Virus record (IMG/VR): IMGVR_UViG_3300020440_000014 | Location: 1-64,000 of that record | Origin: a virus | Lineage: Duplodnaviria; Caudoviricetes | Strand: one strand, 5' to 3' | Length of the DNA stretch: 64,000 nt | Part shown: piece after piece, positions 16,657-27,900 of the stretch | How positions within the stretch are numbered: position 1 is the first letter of the stretch | Layout: every line of letters begins with the position of its first letter | Notes under the pieces: model-generated | Database searches by the model: none | What the model was told of the DNA's origin: nothing | The model's input: only the letters and a program-made list of their open reading frames with translations | Translations under genes and position numbers: made by a program

Positions 16657-19600
16657 ATGGCTCATCAAGACCACATTGTAGATAGATTATCGACTCGACT
16701 TAGTTCGCTTCTTCCTGATTATATCAAAGATGAAGCGCCTATATTCGAATCGTTTCTTGAAGCATATTTTGAATATCTTGAGAGTGAAATAATTACGCTT
16801 GATACAATCCAAGCACTAGAAGGTACGAAGTTCGAGGACGGTACTCAAATCGATGGAGGTTCACTTCTTATCGAAGAGGGTACCGACCCAACTGCACCCG
16901 ACATAGCAAACGCTAAACTTTTACAAGAAGGTACAATCGACCCATTTCAAGTAGGTGAATACATCTACGGCGAATCAAATGGTTCTATTGCAAAAATTAA
17001 AGTTATTAATGATAAAACACTTATCGTTGATACAATTTCAGGAACAGGTTTCGCTATTGGCGAAACAATTAAAGGTCGAGATGGTAATCAAACTGCAACA
17101 ATTAAAACATACAAAGAAAATTCAGTCGTTGCAAATAATAGATTATTAGATTACTCAGACATAGATTCAACACTTGAAACTTTTTTAGAATACTTTCAAA
17201 AAGATTTCATACCATCTCTTGACCTAAAAGATACACAAAACAAAAGACTTACTCTTAAGAATATAGGTTCATTGTACAAACAAAAAGGTACACCTGAATC
17301 TGTTCAATTCTTAATGAGATTGTTGTTTGGTCAAAATGCCACAATTAAATATCCAATAGACGAAACAACATCAGCTTCAGATTCAGATTGGCAAGAAACC
17401 AGAAGAATGAATATAACTATGACTTCTGGTTTAGGTAAACCAAAAGCAACCGATAAAGTAGTACAATATAATCAGAATGATGCATCTATAATCGATGCAG
17501 AAGCTGTAATAGAACAAGTACAAATTATTGATTTAAATAATTTTAGATATTCTATTTCTATAACCACAACACATAGAGGCGAATTTCAACCTAACAGACA
17601 AGTATCGATAATCGATAGAGACGGTATAACATCTTACGTAGCAAATGTTAAAGGTATTATTTCAGATATTTTACCTGATGAGTCTTCAACATCATTTGGT
17701 CTAGAAAACGAAAATGGTGAATTATTATTAGAAGATGGTTCTTCTATATTATTTGAAAACACATCGATTGGTTCGATGTATAATATAAACGATGTCATTA
17801 ATTTTACTGGTTCAAAAATAGATACAGGCGAAGTAGATGCCAAAGCAGTTGTAACAGGACTATCAAGAGGTCCAGTCGAACATGTATATATTGAAAATGC
17901 AGGTTCAGGTTATTCTGCTGGAGACATTGTAATATTTGAAGATGAAAATACAGAAGGTGCTGGTGCAGAAGGTATAATTGAAGCAGTAGGCGATGAAATT
18001 ATACTTGAAGATAGTATTGCATTAGACCAATACACATTGACTGCTACAGCAAATCAAACCACATTTGGTGGAGTCGATGCAGATGGAAATAGTATTCGAG
18101 ATAATGGTGGAAAACCATTTGCATTAAATGGTTTAGATGTCAAAGTATTCGTAAACGGAATAGAGCAAAACAGAGACAATTATGATGTTAGATTAGATAG
18201 AGTTGTATTTACTACAACACCAACGCCTGACGGTGGGGAAAAAGTGGAAGTCTTTTCTAGTTTTCAAAGAATTTTACAAGAAGATGGAGATGCTGTACAT
18301 CTAGAATCTTCAGACCAAAGAATAAGAAGAGTTAAGATAACAAATGGCGGTTCTGGTTATCAAATTTTACCAAGAGTTTTTCCAGGTGGTTATCTATACT
18401 TCGATGATGTTTCAGGTTACACTGCTGGTGAATTAGTCACAGGTGCTGGTGGTGCTACAGGTGAGATATCTAAAATAGATAATGCCAATAATAGACTCGT
18501 CATTAGAAGATTATCTACACATACAGGCACATTTAACACCAACGAAATTGTAACAGGGTCTTCTTCGTCTACAGCAAAAACATGTACTCTCGCAAAAGTT
18601 ACCTCAGGTACAGGTGGTAATTTATTCGCTTGGTCAACAAAAATTGGTGGTATCGAAAATATCAGAATATCAAGTCAAGGTTATGATTTCGATGAAAATG
18701 CTAGAGTAGCAAGCGATTCAACATTTAGTATATTGATGACAAATCCATCAGCTGAAGCCGATTTACAAAAAGATGTGGTTATCACAGGTTCAGATTCAGG
18801 TTCAACTGCTAATATCATATCATTCGACAATCAAAGAAACATATTAAAGATTACTGGTTTAGATGGATTCTTTTTGCCTAACGAAAAGGTTACATATGCT
18901 AATAATCAAAGTTTTCGTGTCTTACAATTCGACCCATACGATGCCAGAGGTAAGTTTGCAGGTGAGGGTATTATAAACGATAATTTCTTTGGTGAAAAGA
19001 GTTATGTTTCAAATCAATATGCAAATTTACAAGATAGTAAATATTATCAATCACACTCATATGTAATTAGAGTAGGTGAATCAATTGAAAAATATCGTTC
19101 TATTGTCAAAGATTTAGTTCATCCAGCAGGTCATTTATTTTTTGGTGAAGTTGCAGTAGAAAACATCATCGTATCAGATACAAAAGGTGGTAGATTTAGT
19201 AGAAGAATCGATGTAGATGGTGTTGATAACTCTCTTGCATTAGAACAAAGACAATTTCTACCAACTTTAATTATACAATTAGAAGAAACAAGTCATCTCT
19301 TACTCGAAGATTCAACTAGAGATAATGTAAATCGCTTTGTTATGGAAGATGGTTTCACTTATGTTGAAGATGATGCCGCTTTCGAATCATCAGCATCAAC
19401 AAAGAAAGAAACAATAGTTCTTGTACATACTAAGAAAGAAGAACTTGATTCATATAACATGTCTCATATATTAAGAGATTTTGTCCAACAAGCAACCAAT
19501 CATGATAGAGACTATCTAGATGCTGGAAGACAAACAATAACACAAATTAAAAAATTCTTATCAAGTGAAACTGATACAAACATTGCAAATAATGTCTCTG

Positions 19601-20421
19601 GTCAAGTTGCAGTCAACAATACACATGTTTCATTTGTACAAAAGTCGCCTAGACTTGACGGTGTTATATCAGTTTTAAATATTGCAACAGCAGATAATAA
19701 TTATCTTGTCTTAGATAGAGAAAATGCATTGTCACCAATAGGTGTGAGACCTCAAGACCAAGGTAAAGTATTCACATCACAAAATATGCAAGAAGAGAGA
19801 TTGATGTTTGAAGATGGTTCTCTCATTCAAGCAGAAGAACCATTAAACAGATTAAGACATGAACCAGAAAGAAGAGATTTTCTTGGTGAAGCAATTTTAT
19901 TAGAAGACAATTCAGGAAACATTTTAATAGAAGACGATACAATACCAGAAGAAATAGACCACTTCTTAACAGAGAGGTCTTTAGAATTAGTAAACCCATA
20001 CATGTATATGGAAAATAATTCTGATAGAATAGTAATGGAAGACGGAAGTGCATTAGTGTCAGAACAAAACGGAACTGGAGTTGCGCTACATAGTTTTGTT
20101 CCAATAGGTCATACTTTTAGAACTATAAATAAAATTGCATTTCAAAACACTTACAGAATAGCATACTATTTACTTGATGAGTCAGATGGAAGTTCAGAAG
20201 AAGATAGAATACTTTTAGAAAGTGGTACAGAAGGTGGTGCAGGCCATCTATTATTAGAAACTTCTGTTAGAGAAGGAATGAGAGTTAATCAGTTAGATAG
20301 TATATTAGGTAATTTTTATGTCAGTTCATTTGACACACATGAGAATAGAAGAACAAATATCGCCTTTAGTTCTTACGTTTCTTCGACAAATATTACCAAT
20401 TCTACCTTAGAAGGCATATAA
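16657..20421 (+). CDS. gp7-like baseplate wedge protein
   Basis: 'LPDYIKDEAPIF..FLEAYFEYLE', 'YKQKGT.ES..FLMRLLF', 'LQDSKYYQSHSYVI', 'LVHPAG...FGE'; acidic 'ILLED' repeats. Confidence 0.8.
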   Translation: MAHQDHIVDRLSTRLSSLLPDYIKDEAPIFESFLEAYFEYLESEIITLDTIQALEGTKFEDGTQIDGGSLLIEEGTDPTAPDIANAKLLQEGTIDPFQVGEYIYGESNGSIAKIKVINDKTLIVDTISGTGFAIGETIKGRDGNQTATIKTYKENSVVANNRLLDYSDIDSTLETFLEYFQKDFIPSLDLKDTQNKRLTLKNIGSLYKQKGTPESVQFLMRLLFGQNATIKYPIDETTSASDSDWQETRRMNITMTSGLGKPKATDKVVQYNQNDASIIDAEAVIEQVQIIDLNNFRYSISITTTHRGEFQPNRQVSIIDRDGITSYVANVKGIISDILPDESSTSFGLENENGELLLEDGSSILFENTSIGSMYNINDVINFTGSKIDTGEVDAKAVVTGLSRGPVEHVYIENAGSGYSAGDIVIFEDENTEGAGAEGIIEAVGDEIILEDSIALDQYTLTATANQTTFGGVDADGNSIRDNGGKPFALNGLDVKVFVNGIEQNRDNYDVRLDRVVFTTTPTPDGGEKVEVFSSFQRILQEDGDAVHLESSDQRIRRVKITNGGSGYQILPRVFPGGYLYFDDVSGYTAGELVTGAGGATGEISKIDNANNRLVIRRLSTHTGTFNTNEIVTGSSSSTAKTCTLAKVTSGTGGNLFAWSTKIGGIENIRISSQGYDFDENARVASDSTFSILMTNPSAEADLQKDVVITGSDSGSTANIISFDNQRNILKITGLDGFFLPNEKVTYANNQSFRVLQFDPYDARGKFAGEGIINDNFFGEKSYVSNQYANLQDSKYYQSHSYVIRVGESIEKYRSIVKDLVHPAGHLFFGEVAVENIIVSDTKGGRFSRRIDVDGVDNSLALEQRQFLPTLIIQLEETSHLLLEDSTRDNVNRFVMEDGFTYVEDDAAFESSASTKKETIVLVHTKKEELDSYNMSHILRDFVQQATNHDRDYLDAGRQTITQIKKFLSSETDTNIANNVSGQVAVNNTHVSFVQKSPRLDGVISVLNIATADNNYLVLDRENALSPIGVRPQDQGKVFTSQNMQEERLMFEDGSLIQAEEPLNRLRHEPERRDFLGEAILLEDNSGNILIEDDTIPEEIDHFLTERSLELVNPYMYMENNSDRIVMEDGSALVSEQNGTGVALHSFVPIGHTFRTINKIAFQNTYRIAYYLLDESDGSSEEDRILLESGTEGGAGHLLLETSVREGMRVNQLDSILGNFYVSSFDTHENRRTNIAFSSYVSSTNITNSTLEGI

Positions 20422-20424
20422 ATA
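20417..20424 (+). promoter_or_regulatory. T4-type late promoter
   Basis: Exact TATAAATA upstream of gp8. Confidence 0.55.
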
Positions 20425-20452
20425 GTTATTACAACCGAGGAGTTATTTAAAA

Positions 20453-21943
20453 ATGGCAGCAATAATTTTAGAAAAATTTAGAACTCACAATGCAAAGCAG
20501 TTCATAGAAGATTTTGGAGAAACAGGTTCTTCAAATTATATTTTTATAGGTCGTTCACATTCGTGGACAGACGACAATTCACCCCCAGCACCTTTCAATG
20601 CAGAATCAGAAGAAGTTCGTGCATTCGAGGACATGATAGCACTTAAAAAAGTAAGTACTACAGATGTTAGTCATGGTCTAGTTAGATATAACTGGACAGC
20701 AGGTGTTGTTTATGACGAGTACAGAGATGACTATAGTTCATCAAATCAAACACCTTCAGGTGCTAATAATTTCTATGATGGTAGAGGTTATGTTGTTACT
20801 TCAGATTACAAAGTATATAAGTGTTTAAAAACACCAAAATCTGGTGGTGCTCATGCAGACGTAGGTACTCCAGTTGCTGCCGCTGTTGGAAGTGAACCTA
20901 GTGGAACATCTACTGCAAATCCAGAAATTACTGCTGACGGTTATCAATGGAAATTCATGTACCAAATAAGTGCTTCAGATGTTATTAAATTTGTAACTAA
21001 TGATTTCATTCCTGTAAAAACTCTCGGTGCTCAAGTATCAGTTGCAGGTTCATTAGGTGCTTTAGGTTCAACTGGTACAGATGACGGTTCTGCTCAATAT
21101 GATGTTGAAGCAGCCGCAAATGATGGTGGAATTTATAGATACATCATTACAAATCCAGGTTCTGGTTACACACTAGATTCAGGCACAACGATTGATGTTG
21201 CAGTCGAAGGTGATGGTTCAGGTGCAATCGCAACTTTAACTTTCGCTTCAGGACAATTAAGTTCAGTTACATATAAAGATGCAACATCATATGGTGCAGG
21301 TTATAAGAGAGCATCTTTCCCAACTCTTGATTCTACAATTTCAGGAATATCAGGTGGTTCAGGTGCAACAATCGAAGCTGTTATATCACCAATTCACGGA
21401 CATGGTGCGAACCCAATCGAAGAATTAGGTGGAAACTATGTTGTTGTAAACTCTAGACTTGAGTTTAGTGAAGCTGCAGGTGGTAACGACTTCCCAACAG
21501 ACAACGATTTTAGACAAATTGGTTTAATTAAAAATCCAATTGCATCATCTTCTGGTGCGGTATCTACTGCTAATACAATGACAGCTACAAGAGAATTAAC
21601 TTTATTAGATGCTTCTAATATTGCAGTTGATAACATTATTACTTCAGATACAACGAATAATGTTTCAACAAAAAGAGCAAGAGTTATTTCTAAAACAGGT
21701 AATGTAATTAGAGTTCACACTATTGTAAATGGCGGTGGTGAATTTGTAAACTTTGCAAATGATGATGACGTTTATATCAATGCCTCAGGTGTTAAAATTA
21801 CAGACGTAGCATCTAGCGGAGTTTCATCAGTTCATCCAGAAATGACACAATATACTGGACAAATATTATATCTTGAAAACAGAGGACCTGTTACAAGAGC
21901 TGCCGACCAGATTGAAGATATTAAATTGATTATTGAAATGTAA
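20453..21943 (+). CDS. gp8: gp8-like baseplate wedge subunit
   Basis: 'MAAIILEKFR.HNA', 'YIFIGRS..W', 'YKVYKCL', 'DGYQWKFMY', 'DFRQIGLIKNP', 'EDIKLIIEM'. Confidence 0.85.
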   Translation: MAAIILEKFRTHNAKQFIEDFGETGSSNYIFIGRSHSWTDDNSPPAPFNAESEEVRAFEDMIALKKVSTTDVSHGLVRYNWTAGVVYDEYRDDYSSSNQTPSGANNFYDGRGYVVTSDYKVYKCLKTPKSGGAHADVGTPVAAAVGSEPSGTSTANPEITADGYQWKFMYQISASDVIKFVTNDFIPVKTLGAQVSVAGSLGALGSTGTDDGSAQYDVEAAANDGGIYRYIITNPGSGYTLDSGTTIDVAVEGDGSGAIATLTFASGQLSSVTYKDATSYGAGYKRASFPTLDSTISGISGGSGATIEAVISPIHGHGANPIEELGGNYVVVNSRLEFSEAAGGNDFPTDNDFRQIGLIKNPIASSSGAVSTANTMTATRELTLLDASNIAVDNIITSDTTNNVSTKRARVISKTGNVIRVHTIVNGGGEFVNFANDDDVYINASGVKITDVASSGVSSVHPEMTQYTGQILYLENRGPVTRAADQIEDIKLIIEM

Positions 21944-21985
21944 TTCAGACTTGTCTGATTACACCAATAAATAAGATAGAAAGCT

Positions 21986-24900
21986 ATGACACAAAAGACT
22001 GACCTTAATATTACGCCCTATTACGATGATTACTCAGAGGACAAAAAATTTCATAAAGTCCTTTTTCGTGCCGGCAGACCTTTACAAGCTAGAGAATTAA
22101 CTCAATCACAATCTATTCTCCAAGACCAAGTAGAAAGATTTGGTGACCATTTCTTTAAAGAAGGTTCTATTGTCGCTGGCGCAGAGTCAAACATCGATAT
22201 GGATGTTTACTTTATTAAAGTAAAGGCAGATAATCCAACTCAAGCAGGCGATGATTCAGTAGAATCTTATAGAACTTCTTTTCACGGAAAATTCTTACAA
22301 GGTCAAACAACAGGTGTCGTAGTTAAAGTGTTGACTTCAGCAGCTGCAACATCAACTGATAGTGCAACTCTTATATGTAAACAATATACTCAAGGTACAG
22401 ATGCTAAAGGTTCTTTCTTAGTAGGTGGAGACGAAGTATTAAAAGAAGTTACGATTACAGAAAACACTGGTGCTATAACTATAAACGCATCAAACAATAA
22501 TCACTTCAAGTCTGTATCAGAATCAGACACACCTTCAGGTCGTGCATCTATAGCTGAAATTCAAGATGGTGTTATCTTCACTAGAGGGTTCTTCGTATTA
22601 GTAGATAAACAAATAATTATTTTAGAAAAATATAGCGGTGTTCCTTCTTACAGAGTAGGTGTACAAATTGTTGAATCATTGGTATCATCATCAGCAGATG
22701 CATCACTGAATGATAATGCTCAAGGTACAAATAATGCAAATGCGCCTGGTGCCGATAGATTAAAAATAGATTTAAACTTCAAAAAAATTGCTCTTACTGA
22801 TACAACTGATATAAATTTTATAGAGTTAGGTAGAGTAAACAATGGTATAATTGAATTAGAAATCAATAGACCAATTTATTCACAAATAGAAGACACATTA
22901 GCAAGAAGAACATTTGATGCAAATGGCGATTTTGTAGTAAGACCATTTAAGACATCATTTAGAGAACATTTAAAAACAACTTTAAACAGAGGATTCTATA
23001 CCCAATCTAATGGTGGTGATGAATCTAAATTTGTATGTCAAATATCACCAGGTAAAGCATACGTTAGAGGATATGAGATTGAAAAAATTGGTACAACTAA
23101 TTTAGAAATTTCCAAAGCAAGACAGACAGCGAAATTAGAAAATGCATCTACACCAGTAAGATTAGGCAATGAGTTATTAGTTAATAACGCAAAAGCATTA
23201 CCAGAAATATCCGATTCAAGTACTACCGATGCATACAAACCAGTCAAATTATACGATGTCGGACAAAATGCAGGTGATTTAGATACAGCTGCAAAACACA
23301 TTGGTTTCTCTAGAGTAAGACATATTGAGAATAAAACCAATGTATCTTCTCAAGCAAGTGATGAAATTCAATTATTTCTATTTGATGTTAAGATGTTTAC
23401 GCAACTTAACATTCCAGTATCTTCAGGTGAATTCTTAGCAGGAGATAAAGTAATAGGTTCAAGTTCAGGTGCAACAGGTATCGTTGCATATTCAGATAGT
23501 TCAAATAATTATGTCATGATACATGATGTTGTTGGTACGTTTACAACATCTGACCAGTTAGAAGTTAAAGGATTAGGAACTTATAGCGGTACTAATACAA
23601 TAACATCAACACAATCATTTAATGTTGGTCAAACAAGATGTGTATTTCAAGCAACACCAGGTTCAGGAAGTCAAAACTTTATAGCAGACGTTGTTTTAGA
23701 TGACTTAAGAGAATTAAGTGGTATTCTTAGTTTTGCAACTAACTCAGGTTCAGTAACAGGTGTCGGTACATCATTTACAACTGAGTTGCAAATTGGAGAC
23801 CAAATATTAGATTCTCTTGGTGGTCAACATAAAGTTAGTGCTATAACAAATGATTTTGCTATGACAATTACACAATTAGATGGCAGTGCAATATCATCAT
23901 TGACTTCTCAGACTCAAGTTAAAGTTGTAAGAAAAAGAGCTAAACTTAAAAATCAAGACCAATCAGCTGCTATATTTGCATGGCCTAGAGATTACGTAGA
24001 TAGTATTTCTCCTCTTTCCAATGGTGTTCAAACAAGAAGACAGATAGTTTTATCTGTAGATTCGAGTGGTAAAATTACAATACCAATTAATGGTTCTACA
24101 GAAAAATTTTCTGTAAAATCAAATGATAACTATCAATTTGCAGTCATAACACAATCATCGAGTGGAAGTAGAACACTTAATAATGGTGATATCATATATC
24201 CTGATGATATTAGTAGTTCTGATTTTGCATCAACAAGCGATGTACCTCTTGAAGTTACATTGGGTGATGCTAATGATAATGCAGCTCAAATTTTAGTGTC
24301 GTATGCTGTAACTACAAAAACTCCATCCGTTAAACCTAAAACTTTAAATGATTATAGAGCAATTAAATTTTCATCAGCAGATAGTGGTTCAGTTGAATAT
24401 GGTTGTGCATACAATCATAAAGAATTGTCATTGGGTGTTTCAGATGTTCACAAAGTACATGCAGTTTTAGAAGCAGTTCCTGGCACAACTTCAGGTTCAC
24501 AATCAAATGCAACACCACCTAATTTTATACCAACAGAAACATCTGGTAGTTTAGTATCTGGTGAAATAATTATAGGTCAGACATCAGGTGCAAAAGCAAA
24601 ATTAATAGATTTCGCCTCTTCAGGTACAAAAACACATTTTGTTTATCTAGAAACAGAGGCAACTTTTTCTAACGGAGAAGCAATTGTAGGTCAAGAAAGT
24701 TCAGCAGTTGCTACAATAGCAAGTGTAGATATTGGTTCACCAAATATTAAAAATAGGTACTTTGTCGACAATGGTCAGAGAGATGGTTATTATGATGCAT
24801 CTAAATTGCAGTTAAAGTCTGGTCATGTTACCCCTAACAACCCTATAACCGTTATCTTCGATTATTTCGAACCTTCTGGAAATGGTCAATACTTCGCAGT

Positions 24901-27900
24901 CAATTCATATCAAAATCAAATTGATTACAAAGATATACCAAACTATTCACCAAACAAAGTAGATTTAGGTGGATTTGAACCAGACGGACAATTTGAATTA
25001 TCAGATGCAGTAGATTTTAGACCACACGTTAATGATATACAAGCACCATCAACTGGTGAATACAATCAAGATAGTGTTACTGATATGTCAAGTATAAGTA
25101 CACAACCTTTTGCATACGAGTCAAGGGTGTTTAGTTTGAAAGAACTTAATACACCAATACCAAATACAACGGTAGATGCAACTATAGATTTTTATGTGCC
25201 AAGAATAGATAAAATATTTTTACATAAATCTGGTAAATTTGAATTAGTAAATGGTTATTCTGATATTTCACCACAAAGACCAGATGCATTACCAGAAGCA
25301 ATTGAAATGTTTGAATTGTTTATACCAGCATTTACTGAGAATCTAAAAGAAATAGCAGTCAAACAAAAAGACCATCGAAGATTCACAATGAAAGACATTG
25401 GTAGAATCAATCAAAGAGTTACCAATTTAGAAAGAGTGACAGCACTTTCACTATTAGAACAAGATACACAATCAAAACAAATTTTAGATGCCGATGGTTT
25501 CGATAGATTTAAATCTGGATTCTTAGTCGATAACTTTAGAGGTCACAAAATTGGAGATGTATCTCATCCAGATTATCATGTTGCTATAGATACTAAGAGA
25601 GGACAATTAAGACCTCAACATTTTACAAACTTCTTTGATATAGATTTAAATACATCTAAGTCTACTAACTTTGTTAAGACAGGAGATTTGATAACATTAC
25701 CATTTACAGAATTATCATATGTTAATCAAAATAAAGCATCAAGAGCTGTAAATGTCAACCCTTATCATGTTTTCTCATTCGTTGGTGATATAAAATTAAC
25801 ACCTTCAGTAGACTTATGGCAAGACACAGAAAATTTACCTGAAGTTAGAATCAATAGAGAAGGTAATTTTGATGCAGTAGTAGCAGAGAATCAAAATAGT
25901 CTTGGAACCGTTTGGAACGCATGGCAGACAACTTGGGCAGGTGAACCTGAAGTAGTAGACACTGAAACTATATCAAGTGTTGAGGGCGGTTCATGGGACG
26001 GTGACCCTTCTCAAGGTGGTAATTTTGCACCTAATAATTTAACAACAATTACAAGAGAAGTGACGAATACTCCTGAAACTCAAGTCAGGTCAGGTATTAC
26101 AACTTCAGTCGTAGAAGAGTTTACAGAAACAAGAAATGACAGAGTTGTCAGTGTATCAGTTATACCTTTTATAAGGTCTAGAACTATAGCAATCGATGCT
26201 AATAATTTAAAACCAAATACAGCTCACTATGTATATTTTGATGGTATCAGAGTTGATGAATATGTAACACCACATTCAGCAACTTATTCAGCAGATTCAA
26301 ATGCTGACGTTATTTCAACCGTAATAACTGATAGTAATGGTCGATTGAGAGCAAATTTTGAAATACCAAATAATCCTAAACAAAGATTCCCGACTGGTGA
26401 AAGACAACTAAGAATCACTTCAAGTTCTAATAACTTAAGTAACCCACCTTCAGTTGCAAATACAATTTATCAAGCAACAGGTACATTACAATCAAATCAA
26501 ACAGAAATCGTATCAACAAGAAATGGTAGAGTTATTTCTGAAAGTACAAGTGGTGAAAGGCAGTTTACAAGACGAGGTGAAAATATTAACGTATCTACTC
26601 AAGAGATACCACAACCAGAGCCAATTGTTCCACCAGAACAACCTCCATTTGTGAGTGCGAGAGAGATACCTCCGATAGATATACCGGCGCCAACACCTGT
26701 AACAACACCAATAGTTCCTTTATTGGTTGAACCATTGCCAGTTGACGATGTAGAAAGGTCAACTGAAGATGTTTTTGGTCAGAATAGAAGATTTGGTTTT
26801 AGATTTATGAGAGAGTTTGGTTGGGGTGACCCATTAGCACAATCTTTCTTGGTCGAATCAAATGGAGGTATGTTCTTATCTTCAATCGATGTATTCTTTA
26901 AAACTAAAGATAAAGCATTACCTGTTTCATTACAAATAAGAAATATGGTGAATGGTTATCCAGGTCAAGTAATTTTACCTTTCTCAGATACCGTTAAAAT
27001 GCCAGGAGATGTTAATATTTCAGCTGACGGTTCAAGTGCAACAACTTTCCAATTTGAATCACCAGTGTATCTAGAAGATGGTCAAGAGTATTGTTTTGTT
27101 CTATATTCAAACTCAAACGAATATGAAGCATTCATCTCTAGAATGGGTGAACCTGATATTATATCAGGCGAAACAATATCAGGTCAACCATATGCTGGTT
27201 CATTATTCATGTCTCAAAATGCATCTACATGGACAGCAGAACAAACAGATGACCTTAAATTTAACATAAAACAATGTAACTTTGATGATAGTCAAGTATC
27301 TAATCTAGTATTTGAAAATGCTGATTTACCTTCAATTAAATTACAAGAAAATCCAATTCAAACATTTAGTGGTCAAACATACATTAGAGTTTTAAATTAC
27401 TCACACGGACATTATTCTACTAACTCTAGAGTTACTTTATCTGGAGTAGCAGGAGACAAAAAATCTGGTGTTATAAAATTACAAACACCAAGTGCTATCT
27501 CAGGCGCAGTAACCGCTCAAACTTACGAAACAGGCGGTAGTAATGAGGCAGCTGTAACAGGTGGTTCAGGTTCTGGATTAAAAGTTAAATTAGTTGTCGA
27601 TTCAAGTGATACAGATGCAGTCAATTCAATTAGTATTACAGACCCAGGCGTAGGTTACGCTACAGGTAATACAATTACCGTAACAATAGATAGTCAAACA
27701 TTTACCGTTGACGTAGAGAGTGTAGAAGACACACTAGGTGGTATACCAGTCAGTGCGATTAATTCTGCTCATACAGCATTAGTTGATTATGGTATAGATT
27801 CATTCACTATAGACCTGAATACACTTTTAGATGGTGCATCATATGAATTAGATTCTGGTTTCAGTGCGACCGCATCAACAAATGGTGGTGGTGAAAACGT

